Shown here in pieces: positions 21,390-31,790 of a stretch of DNA of 64,000 bases (positions within the stretch are counted from its first letter, which is position 1; each line of letters begins with the position of its first letter). Below the pieces are notes generated by a model that did not search any database, was not told where the DNA came from, and was given only the letters and a program-made list of their open reading frames with translations. Position numbers and translations under genes: made by a program. The DNA is from Solirubrobacteraceae bacterium (GTDB taxonomy: Bacteria > Actinomycetota > Thermoleophilia > Solirubrobacterales > Solirubrobacteraceae): the NCBI GenBank assembly GCA_035717845.1, contig DASTIC010000043.1:10641-74640 (forward strand). Reading direction: 5' to 3'.

Positions 21390-21873
21390 CTTCGATCCGG
21401 CGGCGCTGCTCGAACGACTCGTGAAGGGCGGCGTGGAGTTCGTCGTCGTGGGCGGCGTCGCGGCGACGGCACATGGTTCGGCCTCGTTCACGCAGGATCT
21501 CGACATTACGTACGCGCCCGACGCGGAGAACGTCGATCGCCTCGGTGAGGTCCTCGTCAGCCTCGGAGCCCGGCTGCGCGGGGTGACCGACGACGTGCCG
21601 TTCATCCCCGACGGTCGCACGTTGCAGCGCACCCGCGTCCTGACGCTCGAGACCCCGCTGGGGCTGATCAACCTCCTGGCTCAACCCGACGGCGCGCCCG
21701 TGTACGGCGAGCTGAGGTCGCGTGCCGAGCGGGACGTGATCGCCGGGGTCGAGGTCGCGTACGCGTCGCTCGAGGACCTGATCGCGATGAAGAAGGCCGC
21801 CGGACGGCCGAAGGATCTCGTCGCCGTCGAGGAGCTGGAGGCGATCAGGCGGATCCTGCGCGAACTGTCCTGA
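21352..21873 (+). CDS. Small nucleotidyltransferase-fold protein (putative toxin partner)
   Basis: VVVGGVAATAHGSASFTQDLDITY fits the minimal NTase signature hG[GS]x(6-12)DhD. The C-terminal LIAMKKAAGRPKDLVAVEELE motif is common in small NTase families. Confidence 0.6.
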   Translation: MTSSSHGLKELPDFDPAALLERLVKGGVEFVVVGGVAATAHGSASFTQDLDITYAPDAENVDRLGEVLVSLGARLRGVTDDVPFIPDGRTLQRTRVLTLETPLGLINLLAQPDGAPVYGELRSRAERDVIAGVEVAYASLEDLIAMKKAAGRPKDLVAVEELEAIRRILRELS

Positions 21874-21891
21874 GTTACACTTCGACGCTGA

Positions 21892-22461
21892 ATGTCACAG
21901 CGTCACAGCGAAGAGGACGACGGGGTGCTCGATGCGGCGCGTGCGTGCGTCCTCGACGTCGGCTTCCGGCGGACGACGCTGACCGACGTCGCGCGCCGCG
22001 CCGGGGTGAGCCGGATGACGCTCTACCGGCGCTATCCCGACCTCGAGGGCGTGTTCGCGGCGCTGATGACGCGCGAGTTCGGGCGGTTGGTGGCGCGGGC
22101 CGGGGCGGTCGCCGAGCGGGCGACGGCGCGGGCGCGGGTGGTGGCGATGGTCGTCCACGGTTCCCGGTCGCTGGCCGAGGACCCGCTGTTCGTGCGGCTG
22201 CTCGACGTCGATCCCGAGCTGCTCCTCCCCTACGTCACCCGCCGGCTCGGCGGGGTGCAGCGGATCGCGATCGCCGCGGGGGCGGCGGTCCTGGCGGGCG
22301 CCGACGGGTCGGTGCGCGACGACGCGCCGCCCGAGGTCCTGTCCGCCGGCGTCGAGCTCATCGCCCGCGGGTTCGTGCTCGCCTCCCACGGCGAGCTGCA
22401 CGCCGGCCTCGACCCCTGGGCCGAGCTCGCCCGGGCCGTCGACGGGTACCTGCGGCCATGA
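21892..22461 (+). CDS. TetR/AcrR family transcriptional regulator
   Basis: GFRRTTLTDVARRAGVSRMTLYRRYPD is a TetR HTH. The stop overlaps the glpD start (ATGA). Confidence 0.85.
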   Translation: MSQRHSEEDDGVLDAARACVLDVGFRRTTLTDVARRAGVSRMTLYRRYPDLEGVFAALMTREFGRLVARAGAVAERATARARVVAMVVHGSRSLAEDPLFVRLLDVDPELLLPYVTRRLGGVQRIAIAAGAAVLAGADGSVRDDAPPEVLSAGVELIARGFVLASHGELHAGLDPWAELARAVDGYLRP

Positions 22462-23978
22462 GCGCGTCGCTCAACGCCGCCCGGCGGGCCGCCGACGTCG
22501 AGGCGCTGGCCGGTGGCGACGTGGTCGACGTCGCCGTCGTCGGCGGCGGGATCACCGGCGTGGGCGTGGCGCTCGACGCCGCGAGCCGGGGGCTGTCGGT
22601 CGCGCTGCTCGAGCGGCGCGACCTCGCGCACGGCACGAGCCGCTGGAGCTCGAAGCTCGTGCACGGCGGCCTGCGCTACCTCGCGCACGGCGACGTCGCC
22701 CTGGCGTGGGAGTGCGCGGTCGAGCGGGCGGCGCTGATCCGGACGATCGCGCCGCACCTCGTGCGCCCGCTCGCCTACGTCATCCCGCTCGACGCCGCCG
22801 TCGGGCGCGGCACCGCGGCCACCACGCTGGCGGGCCTGTGGGCGGGCGACACGTTGCGCGGCGCCGCCCGCACGAGCCGGCGTGTGCTGCCGCGGGCGCG
22901 GCGGGTGAGCGCGCTCGAGGCCCGCCGCCTGGCTCCCGCGCTGCGCGAGTCGGGCCTCCGGGGCGCGCTGCTGAGCTGGGACGGGCAGCTCGAGGACGAC
23001 GCCCGGCTCGTCGTCGCAGTGGCCCGTACGGCGGCCGCCCACGGAGCGCGGGTGGTGACCTACGCCGAGGTCACGGGCGTGCACGACGACGGCGTCGAAG
23101 CGGTCGACACGCTGACCGGCGCCGCCTTCACGGTCCGGGCCCGCCGCGTCGTGCTCGCCGCGGGCGTGTGGACCGGCGGGCTCACCGGCGCCGTCGCCCT
23201 GCGCCCGAGCCGCGGCTCGCACGTGCTCGTCCGCGCCGAGCGGCTGGGGAACCCGCGGGCCACGGTCAACGTGCCGGTCCCCGGCGAGCGCGGACGCTGG
23301 GTGTTCGCGGTCCCGCGCCCCGACGGGCTGGTCGCGATCGGCCTCACCGACGTCCCTGCGCCCGGGCCGGTCGACGACCCGGAGCCCGACCCGGCCGAGG
23401 AGGCGGACCTCCTCGCCCGCGCGTCCGCGGCGCTCGAGGTGCCGCTGACGGCCGCCGACGTCGCAGGCCGGTATGCGGGCCTGCGCCCGCTGGCGGTCGC
23501 GGGCACGGCCGGGGACAGCGGCGGCGCGACCGGGGACCTGTCGCGGCGGCACGTGATCGAGGCCGACCCCGACACCGGTGCGCTGGTGGTCGTCGGCGGA
23601 AAGCTGACGACGTACCGGCGGATGGCGCAGGACGTCGTGGACCGCCTGACCGACCGCCCCTGCCGGACGCAGCGACTGCCGCTGGTCGGCGCCGCTCCCC
23701 GCGCGTCGCTGCGCGCCGTCGCGGCGCCGGACCGGCTCGTGCGGCGCTACGGGACCGAGGCGCCGGCCGTCGTCGCGCTCGCCGACGGGCGGCCAGCGCT
23801 GCTCGAGCCGGTGGCGGAGGGCGTGCCGGCGTGCGGCGCCGAGCTGCTGTGGGCGGTGCGGCACGAGCTCGCGCTCACGCCGGAGGACCTCGCCGACCGG
23901 CGCACCCGTGCCGGCCTCGTGCCCGAGTGGCGCGACGCGGTGCTGGCCGCGGCGGCCCCGGAGCTCGCCCGCGCGTAG
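22458..23978 (+). CDS. glpD: FAD-dependent glycerol-3-phosphate dehydrogenase/oxidase
   Basis: DVAVVGGGITGVGVALDAASRGLSVALLERRDLAHGTSRWSSKLVHGGLRYL, 506 aa. The true start is ATG at 22458 inside track ORF 21945..23978. Confidence 0.85.
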   Translation: MSASLNAARRAADVEALAGGDVVDVAVVGGGITGVGVALDAASRGLSVALLERRDLAHGTSRWSSKLVHGGLRYLAHGDVALAWECAVERAALIRTIAPHLVRPLAYVIPLDAAVGRGTAATTLAGLWAGDTLRGAARTSRRVLPRARRVSALEARRLAPALRESGLRGALLSWDGQLEDDARLVVAVARTAAAHGARVVTYAEVTGVHDDGVEAVDTLTGAAFTVRARRVVLAAGVWTGGLTGAVALRPSRGSHVLVRAERLGNPRATVNVPVPGERGRWVFAVPRPDGLVAIGLTDVPAPGPVDDPEPDPAEEADLLARASAALEVPLTAADVAGRYAGLRPLAVAGTAGDSGGATGDLSRRHVIEADPDTGALVVVGGKLTTYRRMAQDVVDRLTDRPCRTQRLPLVGAAPRASLRAVAAPDRLVRRYGTEAPAVVALADGRPALLEPVAEGVPACGAELLWAVRHELALTPEDLADRRTRAGLVPEWRDAVLAAAAPELARA

Positions 23979-24003
23979 CGGCCGGTTCGGCGACCATGGA
24001 CGC

Positions 24004-24879
24004 ATGACCGCCGACCTCGACGCCGCCACCACGTTCGTCCACACCAACGCCCGCGTCCTCGAGCGGCACCGGCTCGCCCTGCTGCGGGGCGAGGCCGGCG
24101 GGGAGCCCGTGGTCCGGGCTCTGCTCGCCTACCGCAACGACGACGGCGGCTTCGGCCATGGGCTCGAGCCGGACCTGCGCGCGCCGCAGTCGCAGCCCGC
24201 CGGCGTGCAGACCGCGATGGAGCTCCTGCACGAGGCCGGACGCACCGGTGACGACCCGCTCGTGGCGCCCGCCGCCGACTTCCTCGCCTCCGTCACGCGC
24301 GACGACGGCGGGGTGCCGTTCGTGCTCGAGAACGCGATGCCGCACCCGCACGGACCGCCGTGGCGGGCGGCCGACGCGTCGTCGCTGACCCAGACCGCGG
24401 CCAACGCCGCCGCGCTCCACGCGCTCGGCGCCCGCCACGCCTGGCTGGACGGCGCCGACGCCTTCCTGTGGGAGCGGATCGACGCGCTCGACCTCGGCCG
24501 CGCCGAGCCCACTCCCGGCCTCGGCTACGACGTGCGCTTCTCGATCGCGTTCCTCGACGCCCACCCCGACGAGGCGCGCGCACAGGCGGCGCTCGACACG
24601 CTGGCCCCCGGGCTGCGCGCGTCCGGCCTCGTCGCCACCGAGCGCGACGGCGACGTCCACGCCCCGCTCGACTTCTCCCCCTGGCCGGACAGCCGCAGCC
24701 GCCGGCTGTTCACCACCGACAAGTTGGAAACCGACCTCGACGCGCTCGCATCCGGTCAGGAGAGTGACGGTGGGTGGCGCTTCCCGTGGCCGGAGTGGAG
24801 CGACGGCGCCACGCAGGAATGGCGCGGCGTGGTCACCCTCCACGCGCTACGGGTCCTGCGCGCCAACGGGCGCCTGTAG
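24004..24879 (+). CDS. Prenyltransferase/squalene-oxidase-repeat (alpha/alpha-toroid) protein
   Basis: Repeated DDGGFG, DDGGVPF and SDGGWRFPW motifs are typical of terpenoid-cyclase or prenyltransferase beta-subunit repeats. Start re-set to ATG at 24004. Confidence 0.55.
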   Translation: MTADLDAATTFVHTNARVLERHRLALLRGEAGGEPVVRALLAYRNDDGGFGHGLEPDLRAPQSQPAGVQTAMELLHEAGRTGDDPLVAPAADFLASVTRDDGGVPFVLENAMPHPHGPPWRAADASSLTQTAANAAALHALGARHAWLDGADAFLWERIDALDLGRAEPTPGLGYDVRFSIAFLDAHPDEARAQAALDTLAPGLRASGLVATERDGDVHAPLDFSPWPDSRSRRLFTTDKLETDLDALASGQESDGGWRFPWPEWSDGATQEWRGVVTLHALRVLRANGRL

Positions 24880-24923
24880 AAACCTGGCCTTTCCGGCAGT
24901 AGTAAGCCGCTGCGCACTACGCG

Positions 24924-25366
24924 ATGTTGCGCGCGATGAACGCCGCCATCGCCCGGCGCGCCGCGGTCGCGCTCGCCCTCACCGCCATGAGCGCCGCGAG
25001 CGCGGCTCCCGCCGCCGCCGCCGCGAAGCCGTGCATGCCGCCCGCCGGGTCGGGCTGGAGCAGCTGCCTCAGCACCGCCCACGTCCGCCTCGAGGACGGC
25101 CGCGTCCGGCTCAAGCGGGCGCGGCCGCGGCTCGTCGTGCGCTACGACACCTGCCCGGCGACGCTGCGCCGCCGGACCGTGGCCGTCCGCGCGCGGGGTG
25201 GCCGCCTGCTGGACCGCGCGTCGGTGAGCGGGAACTGCCGCGCCGGCGTGGCCCGCTGGGCGATCACGCTCCGCCCGGAGGAAGCCGACCTCCAGTCAGG
25301 CGCGATCGTGCGCTCGCTCTGGACGGGCGTGGCCGACAAGGACCGCGCCCCCCGCGTCAAGCTCAG

Positions 25367-25370
<4 letters not shown>
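24924..25370 (+). CDS. Secreted hypothetical protein (signal peptide, 4 Cys)
   Basis: The N-terminus [22 protein letters not shown] is signal-peptide-like. I recognise no family. Confidence 0.45.
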
Positions 25371-26638
<1,268 letters not shown>

Positions 26639-26645
26639 AGCGAGA

Positions 26646-27230
26646 TCAGTGTTCCGAAATTACCCGGTCGATGATCCCGTATTCCGTCGCTTCCTCCGAG
26701 CTCATGAAGTAGTCGCGCTCGGTGTCCCCCTTGACCTTCTCGATCGACTGGCCGGTGTGGTCGGCGATGATCTCGTCGAGCCGGCGCCGGAGGTCGATGA
26801 CCTCGCGCGCGTGGATCTCGATGTCGGTGGCCTGGCCCTGGAAGCCGGAGGACACCTGGTGGATCAGGATCTTCGCGTTCGGCAGCGCCATGCGCTTGCC
26901 CTTCGCGCCGCCGGCCAAGAGCAGTGCGCCCATCGACATCGCGATGCCGACGCAGATCGTCTGCACGTCCGGCTTGATGAACTGCATCGTGTCGTAGATC
27001 GCCAGCCCCGCGTACACGGAGCCGCCCGGCGAGTTGACGTAGAGCGAGATGTCCTTGTCAGGATCCTCGGCCTCGAGGTGCAGCAGCTGGGCGACGATCA
27101 GGTTCGCGATCTGGTCGTCGACCGGGGTGCCGAGGAACACGATCCGCTCGTTCAGCAGACGGGAGTAGATGTCGAACGCCCGCTCCCCACGGGATGTCTG
27201 TTCGACGACCATCGGTACGAGTGGGCTCAC
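26646..27230 (-). CDS. clpP: ATP-dependent Clp protease proteolytic subunit ClpP
   Basis: [22 protein letters not shown]...GIAMSMGA (catalytic Ser)...IHQ. Confidence 0.95.
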   Translation of the reverse strand: MSPLVPMVVEQTSRGERAFDIYSRLLNERIVFLGTPVDDQIANLIVAQLLHLEAEDPDKDISLYVNSPGGSVYAGLAIYDTMQFIKPDVQTICVGIAMSMGALLLAGGAKGKRMALPNAKILIHQVSSGFQGQATDIEIHAREVIDLRRRLDEIIADHTGQSIEKVKGDTERDYFMSSEEATEYGIIDRVISEH

Positions 27231-27325
27231 GGTCCTCGCTTCGTTTCGCTTCGGGCGCTCGAGTCCTGCTCAGCTCTCGGCGCCAGACTAGCAATCGACC
27301 GGCGCGGCCTCGGCCACTCGTGTGA

Positions 27326-28729
27326 CTAGGAAGTCGGGGTCCAAAGCTGGCCCGATGAGGCCGACTTGGCGCGCTCGGAGTCACCGGGCGTCCACAGCCG
27401 GTCACGAGCCTGTGCCTGCTCGATCGAGATCGGCTTCGCCGACTCGGTGACCACGTCCAGCGCCTTGCGCTGGGCCAGGTCCTCCTTCAGCGTGTCGAGC
27501 CGGCCGCTCGACTTCAGGCGCTCCAGCAGCTTCTTCGGCGAGGTGCGGCCCGGCCCCTCGCCGGCGGCCTGGCTCACCGCCTCGAACACCTCGTCGTCGG
27601 TCGGTTCGATGCCCTCCGCCTCGATGATCGCGGCGAGCACGGCCTCGCGCCGCAGCGCCTGCTCGGCGTCGGGCTTGCTCTGCTCGACGATCTCGTCCTC
27701 GGAGCGGCCGGCGATGCGCAGGTAGGTGTCGCGCGAGATGCCCTGGTGCGAGAGCGAGTGCAGCATCTGGTCCCACAGCTCGTGGGCGCGCGCGTCGACC
27801 AGCGCCGCGGGGACGTCGACGGTGGCGGCCTTGACGGCCGAGTCGAGCGCCGCCTCGCGGAACTCCGACTCGATCTGCCCGCGCTCGGCCTCGACGATGC
27901 GCGTGCGGATGTCCTCGCGCAGCTCGTCGAGCGTGTCGAAGCCGGCCTCGGTTGCGAGGTCGTCGTCGACCTCGGGAAGCTGCTTGGCCTTGACCTCCTT
28001 GACCGACACGGCGAACTCCGCCTCGCGGCCGGCGAGGTCGGGGGCGGGATAGTCGTCCGGGAACGTCACCGTGACGGTGCGCTCGTCGCCGGCGGCGGCG
28101 CCCTCGAGCTGCTCCTCGAAGCCCGGCACGAGCCGGCCGGACCCGAGCTCGACCATCTGGTCGCGCCCCTCGCCGCCCGGGAACGGCTCTGCGTCGAGCG
28201 TGCCGAGGTAGTCCATGACCACGAAGTCGCCGGAGGCCGCCGGCCGCTCGACGGTGTCCAGGCGCGCCGACCGCTCGCGCAGCGCGTCGATCTCGGTGGC
28301 GATCCGCTCGTCGGAGACCTCGGGCTCGCGGCGGCCGACCTCGAGGCCCTTGTACTCGCCGAGCGTGGCCGCCGGCCGGACGCCGATCTCGATCGAGAAG
28401 CGCAGCGGTTCGCCCTGGGCGGGCGGGTCGGAGAGGTCGAGCTGCGGCTCGCCCACCGGGACGACGTCCGCTGCGTCGATGGCCGCGGTGTACCAGGCGC
28501 CGATCGACTCCCGGATCGCCTCGTCGAGCACGGCGTCGCGGCCCATGCGCTGGAGGATCACCGGGGCGGGTGCCTTGCCGGCGCGAAAGCCCGGGACGCG
28601 GAGGCCGCGGCCGAGCCGGCGGGCGGCCTGCGCGACCCTGCGCTCGACCTCCTCGGGGGTCACCTCCGCCTCGACGCGCACGCGCGACTCGGGCAGCGCG
28701 GTGACGGTGGTCAGGACCTCGGTCGCCAT
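27326..28729 (-). CDS. tig: Trigger factor
   Basis: MATEVLTTVTALPESRVRVEAEV...GFRAGKAPAPV is the ribosome-binding GFRxGxxP motif. An FKBP-type middle domain is present. An alternative GTG start lies at 28741. Confidence 0.9.
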   Translation of the reverse strand: MATEVLTTVTALPESRVRVEAEVTPEEVERRVAQAARRLGRGLRVPGFRAGKAPAPVILQRMGRDAVLDEAIRESIGAWYTAAIDAADVVPVGEPQLDLSDPPAQGEPLRFSIEIGVRPAATLGEYKGLEVGRREPEVSDERIATEIDALRERSARLDTVERPAASGDFVVMDYLGTLDAEPFPGGEGRDQMVELGSGRLVPGFEEQLEGAAAGDERTVTVTFPDDYPAPDLAGREAEFAVSVKEVKAKQLPEVDDDLATEAGFDTLDELREDIRTRIVEAERGQIESEFREAALDSAVKAATVDVPAALVDARAHELWDQMLHSLSHQGISRDTYLRIAGRSEDEIVEQSKPDAEQALRREAVLAAIIEAEGIEPTDDEVFEAVSQAAGEGPGRTSPKKLLERLKSSGRLDTLKEDLAQRKALDVVTESAKPISIEQAQARDRLWTPGDSERAKSASSGQLWTPTS

Positions 28730-28755
28730 GCGGCGCACCACGATACAAACAGCGC

Positions 28756-28872
28756 ATGCGCGCCTGGCTCTACACCGGACCGCTCGGCCATCTCGCGGCG
28801 GGTGTCGGCGACTGGGCCGAGCTGCTCGCGCGCTACGCGTGGAGCCGGATTCGCCGCGGGGCGTCGGGGTAG
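28756..28872 (+). CDS. Possible 38-aa ORF (MRAWLYTGPLGHLAAGVGDWAELLARYAWSRIRRGASG)
   Basis: ATG to TAG with a strong GC3 bias (about 35 of 38 codons). It occupies the otherwise empty tig/STAS spacer. No homology can be asserted. Confidence 0.25.
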   Translation: MRAWLYTGPLGHLAAGVGDWAELLARYAWSRIRRGASG

Positions 28873-28879
28873 ACGCCGT

Positions 28880-29230
28880 CTAGGCGTGCGCGTTGTCGGC
28901 TTCGAGCGCGTCCGCTCGCGTGCCGAACAGCCGGAACCGCTGCGTGAGGTTCGTCATCTCGAGCAGCCGCCGGACCGGGCCCTCCGGCGCCACGACTGCG
29001 AGGGTCGTGCGGCCCTCCTCGAGCTGCGAGGCCGCCTTGAGGATCGTCCCCAGCGCCGTCGAGTCGATGAACGTCACCTCGCTGAGATCGAGCACGAGCC
29101 GGCCGCCGCGGCTGGCCGACGCCATGGCGAGCACGGTCGACAGGCGCGGGGTCGCCGAGATGTCGAGCTCGCCCTTCGCCACCACCAGGTGCCCGCGCTC
29201 GATCGGGTCGTGGTCGATCTGGTAGTCCAC
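28880..29230 (-). CDS. STAS-domain anti-sigma-factor antagonist (SpoIIAA-like)
   Basis: LVLDLSEVTFIDSTALGTILKA contains the phosphorylatable Ser context. 116 aa from GTG at 29230 (the track start is 29341). Confidence 0.8.
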   Translation of the reverse strand: MDYQIDHDPIERGHLVVAKGELDISATPRLSTVLAMASASRGGRLVLDLSEVTFIDSTALGTILKAASQLEEGRTTLAVVAPEGPVRRLLEMTNLTQRFRLFGTRADALEADNAHA

Positions 29231-29255
29231 CGGCCTACCGTACCCGCTCAGCGGG

Positions 29256-30158
29256 TCACGGATGCAAGGCGAGCCCTGCGTCGCGCCGCAGGCGATCCGG
29301 CACGTCGTCGTCGAACTCCGCGAAGAAGCCGCCGACCACATCCTCGAGCTCGCCCATGCCCTCGGCGCAGAAGAGGACCGGCTGGTACTTGGTGATGTCG
29401 TACTCGAGCGTCGCCATCTCGAGCAGGTCCAGCGGCCGTAGGTCCGCGCCCCGGAACTCCTCGATCTCGCCGTAGGAGGAGAGGATCCCGGCGCCGTACG
29501 CCCGCACCTCGCCGTCCTCGCGCATGACGCCGAACTCGAGCGTGAACCAGAAGACGTCGGCGAGGAACTGGAGCGCCTCGTCGGTCTGCACGCGCTGCGC
29601 CGCGAGCCCCGCCTGGCGCTTGATCTCCGCGAACCGCGGGCTCGCGAGCAGGTTGCCGTGGCCGACGACCTCGTGGATCAGGTCGGGCTCGGGCGTGTAG
29701 AGCGGCATCGCCCCGTGCCGGATGTACTGCGTCGAGTGGAAGATGTCGTCGCCGAGCGAGCCGTAGAACTCGCGCAGCGGCACGAGGCCGGCGGCGGGGT
29801 GGTAGCGGAAGCCGGTCAGCGGCTCGAGGCTGGCGGTGACCTCGTCGAGCTGCGGGATGTGGTCGGCCGGCAGGCCGAGCGCGGCGGCCGCCTCGCGGAA
29901 CTCGCGGCAGGCGTACTTCTCGTGCTTCGGGGCGAGCTCGCGGCACACGATCCGCCAGACCTCGTGCTCGGCGTTGGTGTAGTCGACGTGCGGGATCGGC
30001 TGGCCGGGCTCCCACGCGAGGGCCTTGGCGGCGATCACGTTGCGTCGCTCGCGGTAGACGGGGTCGCTGGCGCCCGGGTGGTCCTTGGCCAGCTGGACCT
30101 GGACCGTGCCGTCCTCGTTGGCCTTGACCGGCGAGTACAGCTGGGCTTCCTCGAACAC
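29256..30158 (-). CDS. phhA: Phenylalanine-4-hydroxylase (biopterin-dependent aromatic amino-acid hydroxylase)
   Basis: PDLIHEVVGHGNLLASP (Hx4H iron ligands), FTLEFG (Glu ligand) and GAGILSSYGE. GTG at 30158 follows AGAGGGGGAAG. The track ORF extends spuriously to 30545. Confidence 0.85.
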   Translation of the reverse strand: MFEEAQLYSPVKANEDGTVQVQLAKDHPGASDPVYRERRNVIAAKALAWEPGQPIPHVDYTNAEHEVWRIVCRELAPKHEKYACREFREAAAALGLPADHIPQLDEVTASLEPLTGFRYHPAAGLVPLREFYGSLGDDIFHSTQYIRHGAMPLYTPEPDLIHEVVGHGNLLASPRFAEIKRQAGLAAQRVQTDEALQFLADVFWFTLEFGVMREDGEVRAYGAGILSSYGEIEEFRGADLRPLDLLEMATLEYDITKYQPVLFCAEGMGELEDVVGGFFAEFDDDVPDRLRRDAGLALHP

Positions 30159-30245
30159 CTGACTTCCCCCTCTTTCGTGGCTACCGTCACGTGTTAGCGC
30201 GGAAGCGCCCGAGTCGCAATCAAGACCGCATAGACTGCCCTTGCT

Positions 30246-30695
30246 GTGCAAGCTCGCGTGCGTCTGGACGACCTGGATCGCAAGATCCTTGATCATCTCG
30301 AGCGCGATGGCCGCGCCACGCTCGCCGACGTCGGCGGTTCCGTGGGCCTCTCCGCCTCGGCCGTCAAGCGGCGGGTGGACCGGCTGCACGACAGCGGCGT
30401 GATCGTCGGCTACACGGCGATCGTCGACCCCCAGGCGCTGGGCGACCGGCTGGAGGCGTTCGTCGAGCTCTACTGCGCCGACAGCGTCGCGCCGGGCGAC
30501 CTGCTCGCCGCCGTCGCCGGTCTGCCGGCGGTGATCGCCGCGCACACGGTGGCCGGCGATGCCGACGCCGTCGTGCGCGTGCGCGTCGAAGGGATCGAGG
30601 AGCTCGAGCGCACGATCGAGCAGCTCCGCCGGGATCCCAAGGTGATGCGCACCCGCACGATGGTCGCGCTGTCGACGCTCGTCGAGCGGCCGTAG
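30246..30695 (+). CDS. Lrp/AsnC family transcriptional regulator
   Basis: LDDLDRKILDHLERDGRATLADVGGSVGLSASAVKRRVDRL plus an RAM/ACT-like C-terminus. It is divergent from phhA. Confidence 0.85.
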   Translation: MQARVRLDDLDRKILDHLERDGRATLADVGGSVGLSASAVKRRVDRLHDSGVIVGYTAIVDPQALGDRLEAFVELYCADSVAPGDLLAAVAGLPAVIAAHTVAGDADAVVRVRVEGIEELERTIEQLRRDPKVMRTRTMVALSTLVERP

Positions 30696-30698
30696 CGC

Positions 30699-31790
30699 TC
30701 ATCCGCAGTACGCGAGTTCGCGCAACCGATCGAGGGCACGCATCGTGCGCCGCCCGAACACGCTCTGATCAGCCGTGACGGCGATCATCACCTGGCGTAA
30801 GGCGCGCGGTCGCGTATCCGCGTATGAGAGGTAGCCGAGCGTCTCACCGCCGTGCCCCCAGAACGTGCCGCAGGGCAGCCGCGTGCGGATCAGCCCGAAG
30901 CCGTATCCCTGGCCGCCGACGGGCACCGTCGTGCGCATCTGGGCGAGCAGGTCGCGGCGCAGGAGCCGCCCGCCGAGGAGAGCGCGCTGGAAGCGGGCGA
31001 GGTCGCGCGCCCGCGACACGATCGCGCCGGCGGCGCCCGCCCACGACTGGTCGACCGCGGTGATGTCGTACAGGCGGCGCGCGCCGAAGCGCGAGTAGCC
31101 GTGCCCGTGCCGCCCCGCGATCCGCGGACCGGTCGCGTAGGTCGTGCCGCGCAGGTGCAGCGGCGCGAAGATCCGCTCCCGCAGCTCCGTGGCCAGCGGG
31201 CGCCCGCTCGCCGCCTCGGCGATCAGCCCGAGCAGGATGTAGCCCGTGTTCGAGTACGCCCACGCCGCGCCGGGGGCGAACAGCGGCGGACGCGCCATCG
31301 CGATGCCGACCAGCTCCCGCGGCGTCCACTTCCGGCGGCGGTCGGCGAGGACCTGGCGGATGAAGCTGTCGTCGTCCTCGGGCGCGTAGTCGGGGAGACC
31401 GCTCGTGTGGTTGAGCAGCTGGCGCACGGTGATCGCCCCACCGCCGGGCACGAGCCCGGGCAGCCAGCGCTCGACGGTGTCCTCGAGGGCCAGCCGGCCC
31501 TCGCCCGCGAGCTGGAGCAGGACGGTGGCCACGAACGTCTTCGTGTTGCTGCCGACGCGGAAGCGGTCGCCGGGCCGCAGTGGCCGCCGGCTCCTGCGGT
31601 CGGCGAAGCCGCCGGCCGCGCGCACCGTGCGGTGCCCGTCGCGCACGAGGGCGATCGCGCCCGGCGCGCCGGCGGACACCACGCGGTCGACGGCGCGGTC
31701 GAGCTCCGCGTGGGTCGGGCTGGCGGTCGCGACCGGCGCCGCCAGCAGGGCGGCGACGGCGGCGACCAGGAGCAGCGGACGCCTACTCAT
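30699..31790 (-). CDS. Secreted serine hydrolase (beta-lactamase class C / DD-peptidase family)
   Basis: Signal peptide, SNTK (SxxK), YSNTGY (YxN) and HGGE (an HxG/KTG-like motif). Confidence 0.8.
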   Translation of the reverse strand: MSRRPLLLVAAVAALLAAPVATASPTHAELDRAVDRVVSAGAPGAIALVRDGHRTVRAAGGFADRRSRRPLRPGDRFRVGSNTKTFVATVLLQLAGEGRLALEDTVERWLPGLVPGGGAITVRQLLNHTSGLPDYAPEDDDSFIRQVLADRRRKWTPRELVGIAMARPPLFAPGAAWAYSNTGYILLGLIAEAASGRPLATELRERIFAPLHLRGTTYATGPRIAGRHGHGYSRFGARRLYDITAVDQSWAGAAGAIVSRARDLARFQRALLGGRLLRRDLLAQMRTTVPVGGQGYGFGLIRTRLPCGTFWGHGGETLGYLSYADTRPRALRQVMIAVTADQSVFGRRTMRALDRLRELAYCG

